DNA from: Leptolyngbyaceae cyanobacterium
GTDB taxonomy: Bacteria; Cyanobacteriota; Cyanobacteriia; Phormidesmidales; Phormidesmidaceae
Reading direction: 5' to 3'
DNA: 18,795 bases
Assembly: GCA_965263355.1 (NCBI GenBank)
Contig: CBDHHL010000002.1
Coordinates: 1-18,795, forward strand
A program made the position numbers and the translations under genes. Position 1 is the first letter of the stretch; every line of letters starts with the position of its first letter. The notes under the pieces were generated by a model. The model was not told the DNA's origin, ran no database searches, and worked only from the letters and a program-made list of their open reading frames with translations. Positions 1 to 9,400 of the stretch are shown here, in pieces.

Positions 1-1130
1 AAGGAATCCTGGCAACCAGAATCATCCGTTACTGTTACTCCATAAGTGCCGGCTGGTAAATTGTTTATTACGGTCGAGTTTATTCCATTACTCCATTCGA
101 ATATATAATTACCTATTCCGCCAGTTACCTCTACTTGAATACTCCCCGTAGAATCTCCTTTACAAAGAACATTCGTTACATTGGCTACGGAAACAATAAG
201 TGAATCTGCCTGACCTATAGAAAATGACTGAAAGGCCGCACAACCATTTCCATCCGTTACTGTTACCCCATATTCTCCTGCTGCTAAACCGGTAATCGTG
301 TCCGAAGTAGCTCCAGTACTCCAAGAGATATTAAACGGATCTTCTCCACCAAATATTTCTACAAAAGCAGATCCTGTGGAATCTCCGTTACAACCTACTA
401 CATCGTTAGCTGTAACAGCAATATTCAGGTCATTGACCATCGTAGTTATGGTAGCTGTTGTTACTACCGCACAACCTAAAGAATCGGTCACAAGTACCTG
501 ATACGTACCCGGTTTTAAACCACTAACTTCCTGAGTCATTGAAGCCAAGTCATCACTCCATAGGAAGGTATAAGGAGGAGTTCCTCCCATTACTTCGATT
601 CCGGCAGTACCTACTGAATCCATACACGCAATTTCTACTTCAACCGGAGGAGCAATTAAGGAATCCGGTTCTGTAATTTCAACCGTGCCAATCACCATAC
701 AATTGCCTATATCAGTGACAGTAACGGTATGAGTTCCGGCCTCTAAACTATCGGCAGTTGCCGTAGTTTCCCCATTATCCCATCTATATATATAACCGCT
801 ATAACCGCCAGTCGCAGCAACAGTTGCCTGACCATTTGCTTCTCCTTTACAATCAACCATTTTATCGACGGTAGTAGAAATTTCGAGCGGTAATTCTGGT
901 TCGTTTATAACTACATCCAATGAATCTGTGCATCCATTTTCATCAGTTACCACTACTCTATAGGTTCCGGCTGGTAAGTTTCTTGCTACAGAATCCTGAG
1001 AATTAAATGGATCATTCCAACGGAACTGATAAGGAGGTTGTCCTCCGGAAACATTCACACTTGCGTATCCATTTTCATCTCCTTTACAAACTACACTTGC
1101 AACCGAATCAATGGTAATTCCTATTGGGTC
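1..1130 (-). repeat. SprB-type repeats of gene B (at least 5 divergent ~75-aa units)
   Basis: Units begin VVCKGDENG, VDCKGEANG, IACMDSVG, VGCNGDSTG and VLCKGDSTG, each followed by a GG..Y/F...W motif and a G.[YH].V.VTD..[GN]C motif. Confidence 0.85.
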
Positions 1131-3011
1131 ATCAGAAACATTTACCATTACGGTATCCCTATCAGAAGCACAATTATTTGCGTCGATTACAGATACTATA
1201 TATTGCTTGTCTTCCGTAGGAACATCGACAAGAATGCTATCCATAGAGGTAAAAGTACCATCAACGGTGGTCCACTCGTACATAAAGGGTGGGTTACCTC
1301 CAATTACAATTGGGGTAATTCTAATTTCTTCACCAGGAGTACAAACAAAAATATCTAACCCTAAATCAACTGTAGGCGCAGGTGTATCATTAATGACAAC
1401 ATCTGCTATTTCCGTAAAGCAATTGGTACCAACCCATCTAACGAATAAGGAATAAATCCCAGGAGATAAGTCTCCGTAAGTAACCGTACCTGCTGCATCA
1501 GCAACCGGAGGCATTAGGAAAACCTGACCATTGTCCAGGCTAAACTCTAGCGAGTCACCTATCGGATAATCTTGGAAAGTAAAGGTTATACTACCATTGT
1601 TTTGATTACATTTTGAATCTTCAATTGAAAATTCTGCAGTTGGTCGCTCTAAAACATCTAACTTAAATGTTTTAGTAGAAGCGCAACCATCAGTTGCGGT
1701 GAAGGTAACTACATATTCTCCAGCATTGCTTTCATCCACATTATCAAAAGATATTTCTCTGGAATCACTTGTAAACCCGTTAGGTCCAGTCCAACTATAG
1801 TTCGAAGTAGAATCAGGAAAAGGAGAGAAAACAATATTATCTCCAGCACAAGCATCAATTGAACAATCTCTAAGGGTATCTACACCATTTACCGTAATTA
1901 CACATTCAATATTTGGAGGATAACAAGCAGGACATATGTCTTCAGTTACTTGTTCAACGAAATCCTGAAAGTTCGGATCCGGGGACTTGTAGGTAACAAT
2001 TACACTAGAAGCACCGGTAACAATAGAGTTATCTGGAATTGCTGCCGTTGCAGCCTGACATAAATCATTACAACTCACATCAAAATCTTCCAACTGTCCA
2101 AGAATCCCCCAAATAGCATCATTTACTGCTCCACCGGGTAATCCTTCAGAATTACACATTACATGGTGAATTCTAGCGGCCTGAAGATCAGTCAACTCAA
2201 TATCTTCCTTGGTGTATGATTTAAGAGAAGTAACGGTAGGAATACCGTCCGTTGGGTCATCATCAAAGAAAGTAAATTCCCAAAATGGTACTTCTAAAAA
2301 GAAGTCTGCACAATACACTCTGGTGGAAGGTTGAATTTGACAATCTTCATTGACAAAAGCCAAACATCCAACATGATCGTCATCTACATATATAAAAGTA
2401 TTTGGTTCGAATAAATCCGTTGGTATATGTACTCTGAAATTTTCACAGTTTTCATATAGGACTTTATCGGAACCATCACCGCACGCTTCGAGTGGAGCTC
2501 GAAAACCGACTGATTCATCACAAGCTGAATTCAATGGGCGTTCTAAAATTGCTGATTGACATTCATCTACATTCCTAATAACAGAAATCTTATAGGTACT
2601 AGGAAACAATCCTTCGATTGTGATCGGAGATTGATTGAAACCATCAAAAACCAAATTTCTTGAATATCCAGGACGAGCTAATTCAACCCGATAATTAGAT
2701 TGATTGGTATTTACTGGCGCATTAGCGTCCGTAAAGAAAATTTGTAAACTACCATCTCCTACTCCACATTCACTTTGATCAAAAACCCGAATGGCATCTA
2801 TCTGAACAGGAAAACAATTCTCTTCGTTTTCAGGTGCCTCATACTCATTTGTTGGAGTATCCGATATTAAAATAGGTTCACTTTTATTTTGAAAGGTCGG
2901 TTTTGAGGTAAAAAATAATAGAACTGACAACACTGAAATGCTGAGGAAACCATCATTGGGTTTGATTCTATTAGAAAACCCCCTAAGCCAAGTGTAAAAT
3001 TCATCCATCAT
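1..3011 (-). CDS. Large secreted SprB-repeat adhesin-like protein with candidate N-terminal thioester domain (gene B; 3' end outside window, >1003 aa)
   Basis: Manual translation gives an uninterrupted frame from ATG ATG at 3011/3008 (MMDEFYTWLRGFSNRIKPNDGFLSISVLSVLLFFTSK...) to the window edge (...NLPAGTYGVTVTDDSGCQDS). It contains a WTGPNGFTS Ig-like module, an LEFSLD module and at least 5 SprB-type repeats (CxGxxxG...GGxPPYxxxW...L.AGTYxVxVTDxNGC). It is absent from the ORF track because there is no stop codon in the window. Confidence 0.93.
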   Translation of the reverse strand, partial: MMDEFYTWLRGFSNRIKPNDGFLSISVLSVLLFFTSKPTFQNKSEPILISDTPTNEYEAPENEENCFPVQIDAIRVFDQSECGVGDGSLQIFFTDANAPVNTNQSNYRVELARPGYSRNLVFDGFNQSPITIEGLFPSTYKISVIRNVDECQSAILERPLNSACDESVGFRAPLEACGDGSDKVLYENCENFRVHIPTDLFEPNTFIYVDDDHVGCLAFVNEDCQIQPSTRVYCADFFLEVPFWEFTFFDDDPTDGIPTVTSLKSYTKEDIELTDLQAARIHHVMCNSEGLPGGAVNDAIWGILGQLEDFDVSCNDLCQAATAAIPDNSIVTGASSVIVTYKSPDPNFQDFVEQVTEDICPACYPPNIECVITVNGVDTLRDCSIDACAGDNIVFSPFPDSTSNYSWTGPNGFTSDSREISFDNVDESNAGEYVVTFTATDGCASTKTFKLDVLERPTAEFSIEDSKCNQNNGSITFTFQDYPIGDSLEFSLDNGQVFLMPPVADAAGTVTYGDLSPGIYSLFVRWVGTNCFTEIADVVINDTPAPTVDLGLDIFVCTPGEEIRITPIVIGGNPPFMYEWTTVDGTFTSMDSILVDVPTEDKQYIVSVIDANNCASDRDTVMVNVSDDPIGITIDSVASVVCKGDENGYASVNVSGGQPPYQFRWNDPFNSQDSVARNLPAGTYRVVVTDENGCTDSLDVVINEPELPLEISTTVDKMVDCKGEANGQATVAATGGYSGYIYRWDNGETTATADSLEAGTHTVTVTDIGNCMVIGTVEITEPDSLIAPPVEVEIACMDSVGTAGIEVMGGTPPYTFLWSDDLASMTQEVSGLKPGTYQVLVTDSLGCAVVTTATITTMVNDLNIAVTANDVVGCNGDSTGSAFVEIFGGEDPFNISWSTGATSDTITGLAAGEYGVTVTDGNGCAAFQSFSIGQADSLIVSVANVTNVLCKGDSTGSIQVEVTGGIGNYIFEWSNGINSTVINNLPAGTYGVTVTDDSGCQDS
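1947..2414 (-). other. Candidate Cys-Gln thioester domain (TED/TQXA-like) within gene B
   Basis: Ordered motifs: RVYC234ADFFLEVP (Cys codon 2310-2312), helix LTDLQAARIHHVMCNS, GAVNDAIW301GILG (TQxAIW-like, Trp codon 2109-2111), helix NDLCQAA, strand VIVTYKSPDPNFQ349DFV (Gln codon 1965-1967). Confidence 0.6.
2895..3011 (-). other. Probable Sec signal peptide or N-terminal anchor of gene B, with a long n-region
   Basis: Charged n-region (LRGFSNRIKP) followed by hydrophobic FLSISVLSVLLFFT. No lipobox Cys, and the cleavage site is not obvious. Confidence 0.6.
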
Positions 3012-3261
3012 TCAAAAATTTTCGATTATAATTTGTTATAATTCATGGGATTAAGTAATATATTTCGTCTTATTTTCTTCAAATAGGTCTAGCTTAATAC
3101 CAACTGGTCAAAGTTTAAAACCAATTAACATTAAGCTTGTGTAGGTACCTTAAAAGATACTAAAATCTAACAACGGTAGTAGTAGGGAGAATGAAATTAT
3201 TCAATTAGCCTCAAAAACAAATTCAAACTATGAGATAAAGTAATGAATTTAGCCCTCTTCT

Positions 3262-3292
3262 CAAAGATAACTTTAAAGATTAAGATAACCAA
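3262..3292 (-). promoter_or_regulatory. Putative Bacteroidetes housekeeping (sigma-70/RpoD) promoter for gene B
   Basis: Minus strand reads TTG (3292-3290), a 20-nt spacer, then TATCTTTG (3269-3262), matching the -33 TTG / -7 TAnnTTTG consensus. It lies downstream of the gene A terminator, where a new promoter is needed. Confidence 0.6.
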
Positions 3293-3370
3293 TCATACCT
3301 AATTATTTTTAATATTTTACCCTATTCAGGGGACTTCAAGGGCTATCGCTAGGATCCATACAGGTAGGCG

Positions 3371-3409
3371 AAAAAGAAAAAGCTGAAGCAATCAAGGACT
3401 GCTTCAGCT
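3371..3409 (-). terminator. Rho-independent terminator of gene A
   Basis: Minus strand AGCTGAAGCA-GTCCTTGAT-TGCTTCAGCT forms a perfect 10-bp stem and is followed directly by TTTTCTTTTT, 22 nt after the TAA stop. Confidence 0.9.
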
Positions 3410-3431
3410 ACTAAGTTAAACTAATCCACAA

Positions 3432-6400
3432 TTAATTCTTTTGACCAACGATCATTTTCTTAGTATATCGATATTCATCTGTTTCTAATGTATAGAATAA
3501 CAACCCTTTAGGCAATTCTGAGGCTTTAAGCACAATTTCATTATAGCCACTATCAAATTGCCCAGTGAAGGATTTAATTAGTCTACCACTTAAGTCGTGT
3601 AAGCTAAACTTGACCTCATCTGCTTCAGGTAGTTTGAAACCTATGACCGTTTCAGAAACGAATGGGTTAGGTTTGTTTTGATACAGTTCAAATCTTCCTT
3701 GTACAACCTGGTTTTCAACCTCAACAAACCTCAATCCTAAATTCATGTAATTAAGGGTAGCAATTTCATAAGCTTGCGGATCTACTAATCTTGGAGTGAT
3801 ATTTAACACGTCGCTCAACTTCACATTGCGTTTACCAGTTACGACCAGTTTGAACATTACATGATCTTTAGATGGATCTAAATACCTTGTCTTGTTAGAA
3901 ATATCGTACCAGGAAGTAGTAAGTAATCCTCGATCCAGATGTCTGTAACTAAAGTGCTCTGATTTTGATATTCCTGGTAACAAGGTGTCATAATCAACCA
4001 GATCTCTATCGAAGCTTAAGGCGAATTGATAACCCGCAATCGCTTGAATTGATTCGGCTCTAACCTCTATGGTATCTGTTTGACCTACTTGCAATTCAAT
4101 ATCATCTACATTTAAGTAGAAGTCTCCAATATCATTTCTGATGTCCGCTCCACCAAACATAGTGTTATTAATTGCAGTACTATCCAGGTCTCCAATTTTC
4201 ACCCCGACAAAATTACCATTTGAGGATCCGTCACAATTAACCTCTAGATTAACTGTTTCCTGGAATGGCTCGAACCATGGATTTTCCTCATCAGGGAACT
4301 GATATTCTTGAGCTACAAACCTCCAGCTAGTATTACTGTTGAATCTTACATTGACATCATCTGCCTTAACGACCCGATCTAATTCTGCTACATCATCATT
4401 ATCAATCACTCCCGAATTATCTACATCTGCCGCAATTAACAGGTATGGAGAATTTAGTTCTCCATTGTTAGTCACATATAGACTCAGCTTGATCAAATCT
4501 CTTGTGTCAACCCCATTTCTGTGATCAGAATCAAGTAATGCCGCTGCTACATAATTTTGCCCTTCGTCAATGGCCACTCCCGCTTCGTAGGCTCCATTAT
4601 CGTTTGTGATGCCCTGGGCGAAATCCGGCCCAGAAATCGTCACTTGTACATTTTCGACAGGAATGTCATAGTAAGTAGCCACAGATCCTCTGACGGGTCC
4701 ATTGACACTTTCGTCATTAACAATGGTAATTGTTTGATAACAAGTATCTCTGAATTCAGTGCCTAAATTATTCATGATAATAAATCTACGTTGAATAGTT
4801 CCGGCACAACAGTCAATAAGATCAACTACCGGATCTAATTCAATTGCGCTTGAAGTACAATTGTCACTATTCAACAACATTGTTCCGAACAATGTCCGCA
4901 ATTGATTACCATCCGTTGCATCAAAGTTGTCAGGTAACTGGCTGCAAGTAGTGTTTATATCTTCCAGATCCGTGCATACCATTTCGACATTGGTGTCTTC
5001 TACGATAACATCAATCCAGGTAATATTGACATTTCCATTTACATCTGTCACCCTCAATTCAACCAGAATGGTCTTACCTAGATCACAGCAGGAGAATTCA
5101 ACAGAGTTGCTCCAAGGACTGTAATAAGGTCTTTCAATCAGGCCACAGTTTTTGTCAGAGTAGTAGTAATTCCGTCTGATTTCAATTTTATCGATGCCAC
5201 AATTGTCAAAACTTCCACTATTGACATCCTCAGCAGTAAGCGATAATTCATTGGTACCATCTAAATCAATGTTTAGTGCTCCAACTGCTATCGCAACTGG
5301 TTTTTCTTCATCAACTACCTCAAATAAGCATTCCTGGATAACCTCTGTACCACAGCCATTGGATACGGTATACCTGATTTTGTAATCACCGACTTCTAAG
5401 TCACTAACAATTCTGTTAGCTAGTGAAGTAATAGTTGCTACAAGTACATTTTGTTCGTCAATGATTTCGGTAAGTATTGAAATCCCCCCCGAACATTCAT
5501 TATAGATGATTGGTACAGGCACATCGAATGTAGCAGTACATAAGTAAGGGTCATTTGGTACAGTCAATTTATCCTCGAACAGATCGCTACAATATTCTTC
5601 TACCTCAGCACATGTCACATACAGATCTCCATCAATCGGATCTCTTGTTGGCACTTCAATACTTAAGAATTGGTAACAATTGTTATCAGTACCATCAACA
5701 ATTTCAAAATCTAATCCTGCTCCAGTAACAGGGAATGGACCAATCTGGGTTACTTCACCGTAGTTTCCAGTGTAAGTATTTCCATTTATAAAGGTAGTCC
5801 AGACGAATCCACTTGCCGATGGGTTTTCTACTAAGATATCTAAGTAATATTCATCATCAGCAGGGTTTCGAAGCGTATTATTGTGTTCACAAATTGCCCG
5901 ATCAATAGTGGCAATTAATTGACAGCTTTCGATACAATCTGTAGGAGGATCAACTACCACTCTCGTATAAGCCTGCTCCCGGTTACCGTTCATGGTATCT
6001 CCGTCATTCAAATCATCTACAAAAATCTCATCATCGAAAATGAAGAATTCAACGCTTCCTTCACTGATTAGATATGGACCAAAAGTTACAACTTCTTCGT
6101 AATAACCTTCCGTTCTTGATGGATCATTGGCCATCCATTTATTATTTGGATCTTGACCAATTACTTTGACATCGAAGGTATATTGGTCATCCGTTGGATT
6201 ATTTGGCGTGCCATTGTCATCACAGATTTTATTGGAGATTAAAGCCTGAATACCATCTCCCTCAAAGTAGTCAGTTGGTGGCGCAATGGTAATTACCTCA
6301 CGACACAGTTGATTATTTTGATCTTCAACAACTAGGCGAAGTACACCATCTTCAACCAATAGAGGTCCAACTGTAATGCTTTCATTGTAAGCTACTCTTA

Positions 6401-9400
6401 TTTCATTACCATCAATAGTAGTCATCCAACCGGTCTTAGTCGGATCACCGCTTACCATTAAACTAAAGGTGAATGTATCGTCAGAAGGATCACTTATGGT
6501 TCCTTTGTTATCTATTTGTATGTTAAACACATCCACCGTCATATCACAATCTGTATTTCCAGAAGCATCTGGAATTTCGACAGTGAAATTACCTGCACAT
6601 ATGTTGGTTGTCATATCGGAAACGATTGACTCCAATTGAGTCCGGTTATTCACAGCTAATGGTCCAATCATGGTTGATTGCCCGTAATTTCCTGTGTAAA
6701 CTATTTGATCAAGGGTTACACTCCATCTATCTCCTACATTTGCTCCTACTACCATTAAGTTAAAGGTAAAGAAGTCGTCAGAAGGATTATTTGGAGTACC
6801 ATTTTCAAGTCTTTGTACATTTTCAACTGTAACATCAAGGTTACATAATTGAGCTTGACAATCGCTGGATGGTGTTACAGAAATATCCGTAGAACACTCT
6901 CCAAATAATTCATCTGTGAAAGTTAAATCCAATGGACCACTTGAAATTGGGAATGGACCAAAAGTAACTGGTACTCCGTACTGACCAGTACTACCGTTGC
7001 TGGCTTGCCATGAAGTACTAGGCCCGGTCACGATAATCGTTGCAGTATACGTATCATCTGATGGATCGGTAGGAGTACCACCATCGCTACAACTGATATC
7101 CGTTGGAATAGCCCTGATGTTACATAGCTCAGAACAAGGAGCTTGAGGCTCCAGGGTCAATGGAACAATACATTTACCAGCATCTTTGTCCTGGAAGTAA
7201 ATAGTTATTTCCTCGTCCGTAATCAAGAATGGACCAAATTCTGTTTCAACATTGTACTCTCCTTCCAAACCACGATCAGTAACCCATCCACTACTAATAT
7301 TTGTACCTGTAACTACCACAGAGAAAGTAAATAAGTCATCCTTAGGATTGTATGGTGTTCCGTTATCGTCACAAACTCTATTACCAGTAATTTCAACTTC
7401 GATATCACACTTGTTAGAACATGTCAATGGAGGAGTTTCCTCTAAGATCATTCTACAAGTAGCGTTTTCAGAATCGGAGAAGGTCATTCTAAAGTCACCA
7501 TCTCTGATTAGGTACGGCCCGAATTCTACTGGTTGATTATACGTTCCAGTTTTTCCATCACTTGCTTGCCAGGTGCCAGGAAGGTTACCTCTTCTTACCA
7601 CTACTTCAACATAGTAGACATCATCATCGGCATCACTAGGTGTATTTTCATCGTTACACCATTTTCTAATAACTTCAGCCACCAGGGGTTCCGGTTCTTC
7701 AATATTCACACTAATACTATTCTCACAACCATTAGCATCAGTTACTTGAGCTGTATAACTTCCAGGAAGTAGGTTGTTTAAGTCTTCGGTAGTACTACCA
7801 TTAGACCAAAGTACTGAATATGGTCTTGTTCCTCCCCTGATTGACAAGTTTATACTTCCAAAGCCATTAGTGTTACATGCAATATCTTGTTTCGAAATTG
7901 AAAGATCAATCTCAGTAGGTTCATTAACTTCAATTATTAATGATTCTACACAACTATTTGCATCAATGATATCTACTTGATATTGGCCAGCTCTGATATT
8001 ACTCAAATCTTGTGACCTTGCACCATTAGACCATTCATATTCATATGGAGCAACGCCACCACTTATGGTAAGGTTGATAGCTCCGGAATTATCACCGAAA
8101 CATTCAACGTCTGTCACCTGATATCCAACTTCAATTGCAGGTGGTTCAGCAACCGTCATACTTTCTATTGCTCTACAACCATTCGCATCAATTACCTCTA
8201 CGGTATAGACACCAGCACTAAGACCAATCAAATCCTGGGAAGTTTGGTTATTAGACCAACGATAAAGGTATGGTGCTTTTCCACCACTAACTGATAAGTT
8301 AATATTTCCATCAAATTCATCGGCGCAACTCACATCAAAAATATCAAAACTCAATTCGATAGGTGCAGGTTCTATTATTCCTGATATAATTGAAGCCAAA
8401 CATCCGTTATCATCTGTAACTGTCAGTGAGTAACTACCTGGAGTAAGTCCAGAAATATCTTGGGTAGTTGCACCATTAGACCAAGCATACTGGTATGGTG
8501 AGGTACCACCCGAAACGCTGATATCGAAGAATCCATCATTCTCTCCAGGACAAGAAATATCAGATTTCAATAATGAGACTCTTAATGAAGCAGGCTCATT
8601 GATAGTCACCTGACAATTAGAAGTGATACTTGGGTCAGTTAAATCTCTTACAAATAATGTATAAATTCCGGCTGACAGATTTGTGAAAGTATTCACATTA
8701 CTATAAGTAATTCCGTCAAAACTGTATTCAAACTGGCCACTTCCTCCGGATGCTAAAATAGTCGCAATTCCATCATCTGCATTTCTACAACTCACATCTG
8801 TCTTCGTAATGGCACAATCAATACCAGTAGGTTCATTTATGGTAGCACTACAAGTAGTCGTACATCCATTTGAATCGGTGATGGTTACAGAGTAATTGCC
8901 CGCTTGTACATTATTTAGATCCTGAGTAATTGCTCCATTAGACCATTGATAAACATAGCCTCCGGTTCCTCCAATTACGGTAAGGTCAATACTCCCATCA
9001 TTAGCTCCTTCCTCCGTAGCATCTTGCGGAATAATACTTTCACAAGTTAACTGTTCAGGTTCACTGATGGTTGCTACTGCAATTGCAAAACAACCTTTCG
9101 AATCTGTTACAGTGACCTCATAATCACCTGCCGTCAGATTTGCAAGATCTCTGGAAGAGGCTGCATTAGACCATCTATAGTTATATTGTCCAGATCCACC
9201 TGTTACAGTTAATTGAACCCTTCCATCACCCAGACCATAACAAGATATGTCTTGTGCGTCAACATTTATAGTGACGGCAGTTGGCTCGGTTATGGTTACA
9301 GAAGATACCTCAAAACAGCCGTTTCCATCAGTAACAGTCACGGAATAAAGACCAGGACCAATATTACTTAAGTCTTGAGAAGTTGCACCATTTGACCATT

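Noticed and set aside
298..1455. Plus-strand ORFs of 67, 106 and 114 aa
   Set aside because: They are antisense shadows of gene B, with no recognisable motifs.
3012..3431. Invertible promoter or structured ncRNA in the intergenic region
   Set aside because: I found no inverted-repeat pair flanking the promoter, no recombinase, and no convincing hairpin other than the terminator.
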